64,000 nucleotides of DNA, from NCBI GenBank assembly GCA_002633005.1, contig NMRA01000069.1, forward strand, positions 549,740 through 613,739. The letters run 5' to 3'. Shown piece by piece: positions 37,301 through 50,815 of the stretch (the first letter of the stretch is position 1; the number at the start of each line of letters is the position of its first letter). The translations under genes were made by a program, and so were the position numbers. The notes under the pieces are model-generated. The model saw only the letters and a program-made list of their open reading frames with translations, made no database searches and was not told the DNA's origin. The stretch is from Phoronis australis (taxonomy: Eukaryota > Animalia > Phoronida).

Positions 37301-40300
37301 AGTTAAGGTTATTAGTCACTTTAACCATCCAACTCGCATGTAACATAACTGCGACGGTTTCTAAGTTCAAAAGCATGTATGTAATATCTCTGTGGTCATT
37401 CCAAATAGGTTACATAGTAACGAGGCTCCGCTGTGTCTCACAAAAACCCATTTGCTTAAGAAAATCAGGCTTCAGTTGTTAATTCCCGTCTTTATTGCAG
37501 CCATCCGGAGGACACGGGTGAAGCCAGTCAGTCCAAACTAACCGACGCGGAGAAGGCGGAGTACAGATCTGGTACCCTAGACGAGGGCTTGTTGCCGCCG
37601 CCTTTCCACGTGGGGCGCTATCTCCGCGAGACAGTGAAGGACTTCTGCCTGCCATACGACATCTGGTGGGAACACACGTATAAGAGGAGGTCATCAGGCA
37701 ACACACTTTCGCCCAAGTACAAGAAGATTCGTCACAGTCAGTGTCTTTAGTATTGACTATGTTACCAGTACATCTGTCTCTCATTGAATGTGAAACATCA
37801 ATTTGGAAAATTCATTTAAGATGGTATCGCAATAGGATTAGGAACATGTATGTATATGTAAATAAGATGTGATGTGGCCAACAGGTGGCATGCTGACCAG
37901 TGTACCTTAGGTTGTGATTCTTTCTCCTCAGATGTGCACGATGACGAAAAGCCGTACTGCCGTGATGAGCGTCACGCCTGTACCTGTCAGAGGCCGTCTA
38001 GTGAAGGGGAGGCAGGGTGTACCGAGGATTGCCTCAACAGGTGAGGAGGGGTGCTGTTCTAGCTGTATCATGGTAGTGTGGCTACGGGTACATGGCATGC
38101 TGTGTTAGAACATTTTCTTTGGTTTAATGTTAGTATCTACGCAAGTTGCAAGCTAATTGGCTGGTGTTGATCTTAAAGTGTTTGCCAGTGGCAGATGTTT
38201 TTTGTTTACTTATATACTCCTCTGCTGAGCATTGCGTAAAATTGATCCCTTTTCATCTAAAGAAGCTGAGGGATTTTTTGGCGGAAAAAAATCCATTTTG
38301 AAATGCTCTTTTTGGTTTGTTGGTTCAAATCTCAGTCAGACCAATTTGATGTTGTATTGAGAGCTGCTTCAACGGGTCTGAAATAGCCAACTTCAAAGTA
38401 AGATAAAGTGAGAATGAAGCGGTTTATTAAACCAAAAACAACACCTGTGGGAGCTCCATTCTGACATCCTTAGAAAACAAGTGAGTGTTATATGTGCCTT
38501 ATTTCAGGACTCAATTTTTGTGATGTTTTGCAAAATGATATCAAAACATTCCACACCCATGTTTGTCCAAACCTGGATGTTAGTACATTTGCCCACAAGA
38601 TGATTGTCTGTTAAAGTTGTGACGCTCTCAATTATGCATGACTGCTTCACTCACTTCCTGTTCAACCCCATCGTCTCCTGCAGGATGATCTACACAGAGT
38701 GTACACCGTCCATGTGCCCCTGCGGAGACACCTGCTCCAATCAGAAGATCCAGCGGCATGAGTGGTGCAAGGGATTGCAGAGGTTCCTCACCAAGGACAG
38801 GGGTTATGGTGTGCATTGTGTCGCGCCAATCAAAGCAGGTGAGGGGGCGTGGCATGAGCCTTGAACAAGTGGGCTTGACCTGTACAGGGCAAGGGCGTGG
38901 CTTGAATTGAATGGGAGATGGGTGTGGCTTGAATGGGTGATGGGTTTGGCTTGAAGGGATGATGGCTGTGACTTGAATTGGTGATGGTGTTGTTTTAGTA
39001 GATGATTGGTGTCGTCCTGCCTTATTTGGATGAGTTAGATGTTGTATCGTTTTATTTTCCTCTCCATTTTCATAAAAGTGATTTTATTGCCATTTAGTGT
39101 TAGATTGAAGTTTGTTCCCTCCTTGAAAGTATTTTTGTTATCTGTGATGTGTTGGACTGCCATACGGTCCTAGAAATACTACGTCTACACAAGAAATCAC
39201 GATTTAATCACTCTAACGTAGGCTCATAAAATGAAGTCGCCTTTTCTTGCCATTTCTCGTCAGCGCAACAACAAAAAGCAAAAGGTTAAAAATGGTTGTA
39301 CTGAATAGAAGTGTGAACAGAACACCATATCAAGTGTTAGTCAACAAGCCCAACTATTCATTACATGTGGCATTGGTGTGCCGAGAGTATGGTGAAAATA
39401 TATTTTAGCATCCAAGTTCAGGCTAATTATCATTCACGGTAGTCCTTGATATTATTGTTGTGATATTTGAAATGAGGGTGGCCTCTTCAGTGATAGCTCT
39501 GCTTTCCAATGTCACTTGTTTTTCTTATAACACCGTATATCATGTTGCAGGCCAGTTCATCGTGGAGTATGTCGGTGAGGTAGTCAGTGAAGGTGAATTC
39601 CGGCGCCGTATGACAGAGCAGTACGCCAACGACGACCACCACTACTGCCTCCACTTGAGCAGCGGTGCGGTTATTGACGGTTACCGCATGGGCAATGTAT
39701 GCCGCTTCGTCAACCACTCGTGCCGACCCAACTGTGAGATGCAAAAATGGTGGGTGCTGCTTTGTTGGTAGAATGTACTTGGACAACACTTTAAATCTAT
39801 GATCTGCGCCCGTGACCTCCATACTTCAATCGATATTTCGTTTCAAAATGTGACCAATCCCTGCGCGAAAATGAAAGTTCTCTCAAAGCATTCACTGCTG
39901 TTTCATTGGTCAGATTTTTTAGTAAAGTCTTGTGTACAGTTGGTGGTTGCAGACCTCTGAGTCAAACTTCAAGTTTCATAGTTTTTCACATCTAAGTAGA
40001 CAAGTAGTTTCAAAATCCCCAGTTGTATAGTCACTAGTTGACAGAACCACCTGGCAATGGCTGTTGATGCGTGTGTTATTGGTCATCATTTGTGGAGGCA
40101 TGATTGAGAGGTTGGATGCAGCCATGTTGCTATTTGTTTGGCCTAGTGTTCCAAACTTGGTGAAATAGTGGGTGAACTGATGGATTTTGGGGAGTTTATA
40201 ATAATAATTGTTTAAAAATTTTTGACCAACTTTTCATGGAGAACATTGATTGGCATTTGAGGAACTTGATTGAATTTGCACATATACTTAATGGCTTCTA

Positions 40301-43300
40301 AAAACCTACCATGGCTTGTGAGACGGTCCCTAATGAGTGTTTGTGCGCCACTATGTTGACCTGTAGTCACCCTCGTCCCTATGTTTCCAGGAATGTGAAT
40401 GGTGTCTATAGGATGGGCTTGTTCGCCCTGCAAGACATTGCGCCGGGATGCGAGTTGACATACGATTACAACTTCCACGCCTATAATCTGGACTCGCAGG
40501 TTAGTAGAGTACACACGCACGCTTGTTTTGAATGCGCTTATTGATTAATTTACATTTTTTGTTTCTAACAAAAACAATTTTAGAATTCCCAAAACTCACT
40601 GCATTCATGAAAATGCTCAAAAATTCATTGTGTGTTTGTTGCTGTCAGCTGTGCAACATAACCTGTAAAAATAAATGTTTTGTTCATGTTTAGTTCTGTT
40701 AAAAATTTTGAAGAAATGAAAGTTTACTGTTCTGCCGTACTGTATCCCAAATTTAGTTTATGTAGAAAAAATGTCAATTTTGGCCCACTGTGGTACTGAA
40801 CATCATATCTCAGAAATGACTGATCACAGTCGACTGTTTAAAGTGAGATGAAGGATACCGGCGCCACGAACCGCATTCTGTCATTTTGTTGTGACGCGTG
40901 TTTATCCACCTTTAATTTGCTGAGATTTACTAAACCCTTTGTTTTTCACGTTAGCAAATATGCAAGTGCGGCAGTGTTGACTGCAGGGGCATTATGGGAG
41001 GACGCACCCAGAGACTGAACGGACTGCTGAGGGACAAGAGTTTGACTCCGAAACCAAAGAGAGGTCGAAAGAGCAAGAAGGCACTGCTGAAGAAGATTCG
41101 TGAGAAGGTAGAAACATCATCATTTTCTTTATTGGACCAGATTGTATTGTTAAAGGGTCAAGCCAATATTTCTGTTGCTACTGTATCCACTTGACTAAAC
41201 ACACACCCTGAGTGTTCTACGATTTTGTTTTGACCATCCATGTTTTGTTGCCCTCTGCTTAACGTCCATCTCTTGATTCTCAATTTAAACGCTCTGTCAC
41301 ATTAACCCAAATTAATATTGTGTTTTCATTGAAAAACGTGTGGGAGATAATCGTGGACATCTTTCAATGCAAATTACTGTTGTCCTGGCCTCTGTTATTA
41401 TTACATGTAGTATTCACACATTGTTTAATGTGGTACACTTGGATTTCCAGCCTCTTGTTTCTGCGTTCCATTTTAATTGAGCCCACATAATCACAGACTG
41501 ACTTAAATGGTGTGCAAACAAAGATTCAGGAAACTAGTGCATCATATTGCGTTGCATAGCTAATTAAGGCCAGCGATGCAGCAATTGACCTATCGCAAGC
41601 TCCGCCCCCTTGCGAAAGGTCACGTGACACCAGACAAACATACAATAAGTTTTACCAGACAACGTGTTGTTTGTCAGGTAAAATGGCGGCTTGGAAACGA
41701 AGGTGTGTCAAGAATGCTGCGTTCTGATTGGTCAGTTAAGCCGTCACTTAAAATCCTGGTGATAGGTCATTTAGCATTGAAATACATCTAGGAAACGGGT
41801 GGATAATATTTATAGTAATACAAATTCCAAACTTGTTGGCTTCTTTTCAACAAGTCATGATCGGACCACCAAAGTTGTATTCTGCTGTTTAAAGTCGGTT
41901 TGCATATTTGTCAATTTTTCTTTAACGGCCGAATTATTTCAGATAAATGTTAAAAATTGCCTTTCTGCAAATTTGTCTATGAAATGCTGCAGTGTTAGCC
42001 ACTCGCAACCTGATTCTGATTCCGATTCAACGTTCTAGTGTGTCTATTGTGGACACAAGGTGAGTGGTTACTATTCCTGTTGCAGAAACTTAGTGAATCT
42101 CAGAGCCGTGTGAAGAGTCAGTCTGCCATCAAGCCGATGTCTCACCGCGAGCGGTGCTTTGCACAGAAGCACGCCATATTCCTGGTGAGAAACATGGAGA
42201 AGATTCGACGCCAGCGGAACCGAGCGGCGTTGAACATTGACACCGACATACACGGGGAGTCGTTTGGAGACTACAGCTTCTCAGAGAAAGGTTGGTGTTA
42301 TTTTCTCCTGCTATAAGAGATTGTGGAAGAGACATAAATGACAGTTACATTTGTCTCTAAATTCCGTCTTAAAATGAATACAGTCATGTTGTCGTTATTA
42401 CTTTGATGTTATTCCTGTTGGTAATGTTATTGTGATTAGCTATTGATGGCCTTATGAGTGCTTGCCATCATGTCGTCTGACTTTGACCCGTTGCAGACGT
42501 GTTTATGAGCAAGTTCAACGCGTTGCACACGGCACGCTCAGTACGTACACGGCGTCTCACGGTGGCGGAAGGCAGCGGCGAAGTGACTAAAACTGCCCGG
42601 CTGGCCCAGGTGTTCAAGGATATGTTCACAGCGGTTACCAGCTGTAAGGACGAGAAGGGTAACCTGCTGTCGCTGCCCCTCATGAATATACCGCCACGAT
42701 CCAGGTCAGTTGACAGGCTCTGTAAGCAGTTGGAGATCCTCGATATTAGTTACCTTAAAATTCTTCAATTTTGTGCCAAAATGTTATAAATATTACCGTT
42801 ATTTTTGGAAGTTATCTACATCGCTGAGAATACTGAGTGTTGTAAAATCTCGTGAAGAGTGGTTTTTCGTGACAAAATGGTCATAATGAAAGTTCCTTTG
42901 TCTTCCATACTGTGTGCCAAGCTGAAGAATTTGAACTATAAACCTTCTTGTGCTTTCCGCTGCAGTTTTTATGTGAAATCAAGGAATTTGCTAATTAAAC
43001 TTGTCAAACTAGACTTAGTCTGATAGCATCAGTGTCAACATTCTGCCACACTTGAGTGGTGACCTGCAACTAGACAGGGAGGTCATGCGTGCTGGTTTGG
43101 CCTATATTTTATGAAGCATTTTTGTTGCTTGTATGAGCTCTGGATGTTGTTGTCACTATCGAAATGCAGCCCTGTTACGGTATGCTAAGTTTGCGGATTC
43201 GCCTTGTCCGAAGAATTGTCCTGTACCGAATTTTTCCGGGTATCTGGAGCTATGGAAGTGCGGTATCAGTTGAGCTGTCTACAGTGAGCAATATTACCAA

Positions 43301-46300
43301 CTGAAGCGAGAGGTGGGCTTGCTGTATCTGATCTGGTCAGGACCCCGGACATGTACGTTTTGGAAGCTCCAAAATCAGCAGGCGGATGTTAACCTGTGGG
43401 CATGAAAAACGTAGGCATTAAAAAAATAAATGTACTTCAGTTTTTACTGTTTTTCCCCTTTCCCAAGGCATAATATGTTGGTGCAAATGTTACAAATTTG
43501 GCTCATCATTATTTGGAGACGATACAATACAACTATGCTGAAACTGGAGTAAAACTGCGGTGGTAGTTATTGTTGGGGAAGTATAAAATTGACTTTTTTC
43601 CCGTAATTGCTTCTTTCAGCTGGCCATCAGTCATTCCTGCATTTAACTCGATACTGTTTATGACTCTAGGAATCCTGACTACTACGAGATTGTCAAGGAG
43701 CCAATAGACCTGAACACCATCGAGAGGAACATCCTGACGGGTTACTACAAGAACGTGGAACTATTTGATGAGGACATACTGCGTCTCTTCTCTAATGTTG
43801 AGGTGGGTAGGATTATCATTAGAATAGTAGGATTGTAGAATAGTGGTCACTGGGTTAATTGCCTATAACAACACTTTAAACCAGTCTTACCAGTCAGACC
43901 AAAAATAATTGGATAAAATGACCTGAAATTCACGTCATGACGGCTGAGCACAAGGGGAATTCACCATCGTAGACCGGTCATGACTAGTCATTACCAGTCA
44001 TGACTGGTAATGACCAGTCATGACAGGAAACAGCATTTTGTATGATTGCTTTCGGCGTATACTGTATTTTGGGTGACTTATTTTATTCTGTTACTGAGTA
44101 CTATGCATTGATCCGTCCTAACAGGGAAGTCAAGAGTGTTAGTGTTGAGAGAGAAGAGAAAGAAACAAACGTACTTTTTATATCATATAAAAACATGCAT
44201 TGTTATATGACTGGATGGCCAGCAAAGGCACGGGCCGCTAATAGCTGACTACCGAGTAACAATAAATTAAATACTAGATATTTATTAGCAATTAAAAAGG
44301 GCAATATAGATAAGAACAGGAAATGTACATGTACAGTGAAATATAATACAATGCAAGTTTATTTAAAAACGTAAATTAAATGTATGTTACAAAGAATTGA
44401 ACACAGAGACTGGATGCAAGGGAAACCGCATGGTTAGAAGAGCATATGTCTAAGATGTAAGTGAACTTAGTTTCCTGAGTGTAGAATCATCTTGTCTGAC
44501 TAACCGACTCTCAATTTAGAGACTCACTTTGTCAAAAGTCGTTGCTAACCTGGTGTTACATGTATGTAGTGTATCAGTTAACACTCATTACAGATGCTTA
44601 TGAAACAGTTGTGGTTGAGTGTGAGTAGGGATCTTGTGGAAGGAATTTTTTTGTTTGCAACCACATTCCTAAAACAATTTTAGCTACTTTTGTTTGTGCG
44701 ACTTTTGATAAAACGGCCTCGAGATTATGATGTTAGGAGTTCTGAACCAAGACCTTGCGGTGCACGGGTAATTTTGGTTGATAATAGGAGTTTTTATCAT
44801 TCTGATATCAGTGTCTTAAGCCTGGTGTTGGTATCGGCCAAAATAGGAGTGCAGCGTTCCTCTCCTCTCTTCAGACCTACTGCAGCCTTGACCCCAATAT
44901 GTGTCACCTGGTGCTGCGACTGCGCAAGGTCTACCAGTCGGCCAAGATGGAGGCCAGTCCGCTGTTTGAGGAAATTCTCGGAGGGAACTGGGAGCATGCC
45001 GTGCAGAGCGAAGAGGAGTGTAGTAAAACACCGACCGCTGAGTTGACAGCTGAAGTCTGTGGTCACGACACGAATGAAGGTATAGATAATGAAGGAAAAT
45101 GATTCATAGCCTCAATCCAGTTGTCTTGATGTAAGAATACTGACTTTTGAATTCAGATTAAGGGCTTGGAATTTCCCTCTTTTAAGAGATTTTCTCCTTT
45201 TTTGGTTTCCAGTTTCCTCTTTTTTCGCCTCTTTTTGACATTATTTTGACTTTATTCATGCATATAAAATTTCTTGCAGTTAAATTTTTCCAACACAAAA
45301 AAATATTTCTGTCACATTAGCCTATTCATTTTTATCATTACGTGGAAATTTTCCATCTTTTATGTCATTGGTCATTTCAACCTTTTGGCTATTAACTTGG
45401 TCGCAGCTGCACCGAACACTTAGAGTGATTTCTGAACTTGGCAAGGACTGTCAATTTCTCTTTTTCTTGACCCAGGCTTGTTATGTAGGCGTGGCCTGGC
45501 AGGTCATTTTACATGACGGGCGTGACCTCATGCACTCAGTGCCAGTTCTCCCCAAGACAGAAATACCGTTTAATATGAGTAAAGACCATGTAGAGATCTG
45601 TTTCATAGTAGTAAGAGATCTAAACCAAAACTTAATTCTTTTTGATAGAAGGGCAGTTTGTAGTAGCTTTAATAGTGTCTTGAGTACAAAGTCTTTGAAA
45701 AGGCCAATAAAACTGATAGAAAATCTATAAATATATTTTACCGATGGAGTTGTTTTTTTCATCATTATACCTTTCTAATGCTTCTCTAGCAGAGACGGTA
45801 GAATTGCCTCCCCTGATCAAGGGCGTGGCCGACGTGGAGCGCGACGAAGTGATTCGCTGTGCCTGCAACATCTTCGTGGACGAAGGTCTGATGATACAGT
45901 GTGACGTGTGTCAAATGTGGCAACACGCTGACTGTATGGGCGTGGAGGGGGACCAGGAGAAGTATGTCTGCGAGCTGTGTGATGGTTACGAGATAGACCC
46001 AGTGAGTGTTTCGTAGCTTTTTATTGTAAGTTGTGTTGGAAATCTGAAGTCACATTTGACTAGTGAAAAATGACTCTTGGAATCGTTGAATTTTCCTGAC
46101 GTGTTTGCTGCAGTTTTTAAGGAAAACGTTCGACTCAAAATTCCGTCAAATGAGTGTTAATTATTTGAAGCTACTGAAGAGGCTGCTTGTTGACTGGATA
46201 TTTGTATTTCACTGTGCAGAACAGTAATAATAGTTTGAGTAGAAAAGGTGATCTATTGAATGGGGATTCATCAGCTGCACTATCTGTGTCTCTGTTATTA

Positions 46301-48940
46301 GGGAAGTGTAAAGCAAAAAGTTGTCGATTTCAAGATTGAAAGATAGCTTCCAAGTGTCACTTCCTGGCTCGCTGAGTTAAAGTGTATACACTATGTATTG
46401 TCCAATTTAACCCGTCTCCATTCACTGTGTTTAACACATGACTGTTGTGGTCACTGTAGGAGGTCCTGTTGAAGCCCCAACCCCATGATGGTCTGCCTGG
46501 CTGTACCTATTACATCACTTTGATGAAGGACGGTGTTCAGATTCGTGCGGGACACTGCGTCTACCTGCTGAGGGAAGGCGACCTCAACCGCGTAGTGTCC
46601 GTGGAGGACTGTAGCGCCCCCTCCAGGGATAACATGGATGTGTTCCGGGTGGAAAGGCTGTGGAAGAACGAAAGGTAAGATTGAAAGGTCGTCAGCAAAC
46701 TTCACATGCCGATGCGGCGGCACCATATTTGAAAGCTATTTTTTGGTGAAAGCCTTTGTTTTGGTTTTTGAGCATGGTGCGTTAGACGTCATTAAACCAT
46801 GGAATGATTATAAGAATTTGTGGATTGCTTCAGTAGTAAGTTTCGCAGTAACTAAGTTGGCTCGATATAGTCAGTGCTTGGTGGGACTTATATTTATCTG
46901 ATTCCAGTAGTGAATGACCGGGTAAGGATTATCTGGCTACTTGTAAAGGAAAATTGCCTTCTTATTTATTGTTCCCAGGAAATTGGGCGAAATATTTCAC
47001 CGTTCCGCCATGCTGTGTTCTTAATGAAGGAGCTTCAGTGTAAACCTAAATAATCGAGAGTGATTTTTCTGTAACTACTGCATAAGATGTGAAGATGTGC
47101 GTGTGAACGTGTGCGAACGCATGTTTCTTGAATGCCATCTAGTTGTGAACAAGTATTTGTAACCAGGTGCGTGCCTTAAATGGCAGTTGAATTGCTACAA
47201 GTTTCTGCGGAAAGTCAGGGCCCTCGATACATTGGTTTTGTGGCCAAATATTGGTTTCAGACCCTTCAGAAAGAAAATTAAAATTACTGGAAATTCCCCG
47301 CACCAGGCAAAAAGTTCCTATTGAATGATAAAAATATCCCTCAAGGTTAGAACCACTTTCACCTCAAGCAGACACTCTGCAGTTTTTGCTTAAGCTGAGC
47401 GATGTTTTAATGCACGTAGCTCATAACTTCTAAATGTAGTAACCATTATCTGATTGGCTAACGATTTGACTGGCATTAGGTCAATTGATAATGTTCATGT
47501 CGTAGGGGTGAGAAGTTTGCATTTGGCCATCACTTCTATCGGCCACACGAGACGTACCATGAGCCTTCACGCCGGTTCTTCCCCAACGAGGTGTTCCGCG
47601 TGCCTCTCTACGAGCTCGTCCCCCTTCAAGCCATCGTGGGCACGTGTGTGGTGATGGACCTGCACACCTACTGTCGCGGACGTCCCAAAGGTGTGCTGGA
47701 AGAGGATGTCTACATCTGTGAGTACAGACTGGACAGGACGGCACACCTGTTTGCCAAGATCTCCCGCTCAAGGTTAGTAGTGGGTTGTCTATTTTACTGT
47801 GAAAACGCTTTGTTATGAGTTGCCTGTAGTGTGTTTTACTCTGAAAACGCTTTGTCGAGAAGTTCAAAAGGTTCCCGCTTATGGAAAACCTGAAATTTCC
47901 AAAATGTTTTCCACGTGTGGAAATTTATGAATAATGAAAATGGGTATAAATTGTTTAACCTGCAGAAAATTTCATCGGATGAATGAAGTTGTTTTAAAAC
48001 AAAGCGGCCTCTCGTTTCGGGTCTTTTGGCGAGCTCAGGCAGTTGGTTAACATGATTGATAGCTGCCACCAGAGGATTATTTTGATAGTCAACTGATATG
48101 ACATGTACGTGCATGTGTGCTCAGGTCTTTGCACCCTTATTGTTTGCAGTTTTCCAATCAACACATTCCCGTACTGCTTTGATACATTTGAGAAGCGGCT
48201 GACACCCAAGAGAACATACAAAGTAAGTAGCACAAGGCACAACTTTGTCTGTGTGGTTTAGTTAAGCTATATTAGGAGACCGAGAGTAATGAGCCACTGG
48301 CAGGTGTGGCAGTGTGCAATGCACGCGAGCAAAACTGGTCCTTAAAAAGGCGCATTGCTGTATTGGCCTAAATGTACTGTAGATTTTGCTTTCTTTAAAT
48401 TAATGCTTTTGGCAACCGTGGAGGAGACCAATATCTCCACTAATAGTTGGAGCTCACTCTTTTCAGCCGCACTTTGTCCCCAGCGCCTACAGACGTCGCG
48501 GTGCCCCTCACTCGACCCAGGTGAGCAGCAAGCACAAGGGAGACAACTCGGGTGTAGATGATGACCAAGAGGAAGATCTACCACTGGCGAAAGTCAAAGA
48601 AGCCAAAGTAAGTTGTCTGAAGGGGGTGCAACGGTTTTTGACCTTACCTGTAGTAGAGGTAGAGATCCCTGGTTGTCGTGGAGAGATATTTCTCAGTGTT
48701 CTTTATTACTGTTGTCTTGGTGTGCATCTGTCGTCCATGGAACAATGGAAAGTGAGGTCGTTCTATTGTTATATCGTTCACGTTCATTTCATTTTTTTGC
48801 AGATCAAAAAGAAGAAGGAGCATCTTAAAACTGTTCTAAGAAAACTGTTGCGTTTACACGGTGTTGACATGGCAACGCTGGAGAACTCATGCCTGTGCCC
48901 AGATCTGGCACCGAGGAACCACAACAGTGACATAGAATGA
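12992..48940 (+). CDS. ASH1L: Histone-lysine N-methyltransferase ASH1L/Ash1 (H3K36), about 2537 aa. Coding exons: 12992-13303, 30248-33233, 33514-34954, 35871-35987, 37501-37736, 37932-38040, 38684-38838, 39551-39749, 40391-40499, 40955-41107, 42086-42290, 42497-42704, 43670-43802, 44875-45079, 45790-46001, 46460-46674, 47506-47772, 48150-48222, 48467-48607, 48803-48940
   Basis: All exons join in frame (7614 nt total). The protein has AT-hooks, [17 protein letters not shown], an FxLP motif ([10 protein letters not shown]), AWS (CTC...[15 protein letters not shown]), SET ([19 protein letters not shown]), post-SET ([10 protein letters not shown]), a bromodomain ([13 protein letters not shown]), a PHD finger (IRCAC...[15 protein letters not shown]) and BAH ([19 protein letters not shown]). 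This domain order is diagnostic for ASH1L. The first coding exon is the least certain. Confidence 0.95.
14773..15869. mobile_element. Non-autonomous Kolobok-like DNA transposon
   Basis: TTAA|AGGAAAATGCCACC...GGTGGCATTATCCT|TTAA gives a TTAA TSD with RR..YY termini. Homologous, in inverted orientation, to 62577-64000. Confidence 0.8.
18310..18420. repeat. Three degenerate 43-bp units, each with a CCAAT-like and an octamer-like motif
   Basis: ATGCAAAT at 18326 and 18369 and ATGAAAAT at 18412, each preceded by ATTG(G/A)..TTTGTT. Confidence 0.7.
19672..20249 (+). mobile_element. MITE family B copy 1 (TIR CAGCGCTCGA / TCGAGTGCTG, 5-bp TSD)
   Basis: TSD TGCTA on both sides. Homologous to 21880-22498. 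Confidence 0.8.
20332..20841 (+). mobile_element. MITE family A copy 2
   Basis: Termini CAGGGCTTGGAAT...ATTCCAAGCCCTG with a 6-bp TSD TTGACT. Confidence 0.9.
21195..21277. repeat. Minisatellite, 27-bp unit x 3
   Basis: (CATGGTATGGTGGAGGTGGTCGTTATT)3. Confidence 0.85.
21880..22498 (+). mobile_element. MITE family B copy 2
   Basis: Same termini, TSD GTTTG on both sides, and shared internal blocks (e.g. TTTTCCCAGGTTGCCAAACACAATCTGAGGTC). Confidence 0.8.
22618..22725. repeat. Minisatellite, 17-bp unit x about 6
   Basis: (AATTTCAGACCAATTTC)n. Confidence 0.85.
28325..28815 (+). mobile_element. MITE family A copy 3
   Basis: Same TIRs. Flanks ACAGTA/AGAGTA (5 of 6 match). Confidence 0.9.
30248..33233 (+). 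CDS. ASH1L: ASH1L large N-terminal exon (AT-hooks, low complexity)
   Basis: Contained in the 1046-aa ORF. Acceptor ttttcag|GTA and donor CAAG|gtaatc. Repeated xGRP AT-hooks, plus [17 protein letters not shown] and LPPKKRHK motifs. Confidence 0.92.
33514..34954 (+). CDS. ASH1L: ASH1L second large exon (further AT-hooks)
   Basis: Overlaps the 492-aa ORF in the same frame. Acceptor ttgtag|GT and donor GAAAG|gttagt. Encodes [21 protein letters not shown] and VGRPR. Confidence 0.9.
36422..36922 (+). mobile_element. MITE family A copy 4
   Basis: Same internal sequence with slightly mutated TIRs. Exact 6-bp TSD GTTAAT. Confidence 0.9.
37932..41107 (+). CDS. ASH1L: ASH1L AWS-SET-postSET exons (37932-38040, 38684-38838, 39551-39749, 40391-40499, 40955-41107)
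   Basis: [63 protein letters not shown]. Confidence 0.95.
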
Positions 48941-50815
48941 TTCTTAAACCATTGTAGACGTCACACAGTGGAATGGAAAGCTCCCTGGACAGTAGTTGTT
49001 AACTTTATGTAGCAGTTGTTTGACAATCACCATAGTTACCAAGTCACCTGTACTATTGCCTGTTAAAGGCATTTGGCTCTCAGAGAGGTATTGATTAATA
49101 AGTGTTCACTCCTAGTTATACATTTATGTTTGGGTATAACACATGTTAGCCAGTTTTCAGTGATGAAATTATTTATTTTTCTTCCACCTTGTTGTGCTCG
49201 TTTTCTCACTTGCCATTGTCAAGGTAGAGATCATGTGTTCTCACAACTGCTGCTAAAAGGGCTGAGATTGAGTTAGTTTAACTGACAAGGCCGTGCGCAG
49301 GCATTTCTGTTTGTCGCCACAACACACCACTGACGTGACCAATGTTTTGACGCAACTGGTATCTAACCTGTGTTTGTCAACTGAGTTTAACTCACAAGAC
49401 CTTTGTGCAGGCATTTCTGTTTTTTTTGCCACAACCCACTACTGAGGTGACAAATGTTTTAACGCAACTGCCGTCTGACTTATGTTTGTCAACTTTGTTG
49501 TGCATATTCAGAAGTTCATCAGTTTTATGTAGCTATCAAGATTGTTCATCAATGTCAGGTGATTTTTCTTGAAATGTCTGAAAAGTCTTGCATTCTCGGC
49601 CATGCTGGCTTTCAGTGAAGTCTGGAATGATACGTAAGCTGAGAACGTAGGGTTTTTCCAGAACTTTGGCAAAAATTATGAACTGAAATTGATGAGCATA
49701 GTCGTGCGTTTACTGGGGCGTGTACCAAGCAAAGTTTATTGCCAGGTTATGTGTAAGTAAATCATTGGTACTTGCTGACTTGTTTTATTTTACGTCCAGG
49801 TTAAAATGTTTTGTCAATCTGGATATCTTTGAGATAAAGGCATTTGCATCCCTGTAAATAGTTTGTGTATCATATTGAAAAGCTAGGCATGAAATGTCAG
49901 CTTGTAGATGTTTTATTTTTAACTCTTATTTGTAATGATAGCCAGCGTCTAGCCTGCTGTACTGGGCTCTGTCAATGTCATTTTAGTGATAATTGTGAAT
50001 GTCGTCGACGAACCGTGTCGTTAAATGTTCTTATTATTTTTATTATGCTAGTCGAAGTTTTCCATCCATTTTGACACAATTTGTGTGAGTTATTGTTGGG
50101 CATGTGATGCTGTTGAGATAGTGTGGAGGTAGGTATTAATCTTGTATAGGAGATGTATAATTGGAGTCTGTTACTGTACAAATGAGTAAATCGCAGTCGT
50201 AGTAATAGTTTTTATTTTACGACTCTCGTTGGTCGTACTACTAATTCGAAGAATGTACTATTTTTCAAATCTTGTCTTAATGCAATGTAATTGGTTTGAA
50301 ATTCTTGAAGCAAGGATTTCATTTTTTTCTTTTTCAAAAAGGAATTTGTGTTGGGAGCTGATAGTTATTGCCGATGAAGTCGTTTTTTGTGAAATAATTA
50401 TTGGTCTGATTTGGATTTCTGAAGTCAAAACAGTTAGTTAGTATAATCATGTTTGGCATTGGATGCCAATTTTGGTTGTGTACTATAAATGAAACAAGAC
50501 GTAATTTGTGTTAATTATAACGTATCTGCAATTGTTTTAACTGTCTTAGGCTAGTTAATTAGTAAAGCATTTATTGGCTCGTTATCTTGTTGCTGGAGAA
50601 ATTGTCTGGGTTGGTGTAAGAGAATTGAGGAAATGTTTTGACTTAAGAGTCGCACTGCACTATTGCAGTTGTTTAAAAAGAAATTATTTCAGTTTTACGT
50701 GTCGAAGGTTTCATTTGTACATACCTTTAGTATGTTAGGATATGCTATTTATTGTTTACATATCAAATATGTATAATTATATTTGTATTTCCGTCTAATT
50801 AAAGTGTTCCCACAG
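48941..50815 (+). other. Probable ASH1L 3'UTR ending near an ATTAAA poly(A) signal
   Basis: T/GT-rich sequence follows the stop codon. ATTAAA at 50798-50803 is preceded by TGTA elements. The end point is inferred. Confidence 0.4.
49275..49493. repeat. Diverged tandem duplication (about 110 bp x 2) in ASH1L 3'UTR
   Basis: AGTTTAACT..CAAG...GCAGGCATTTCTGTTT...ACGCAACTG...TGTTTGTCAACT occurs twice. Confidence 0.75.
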
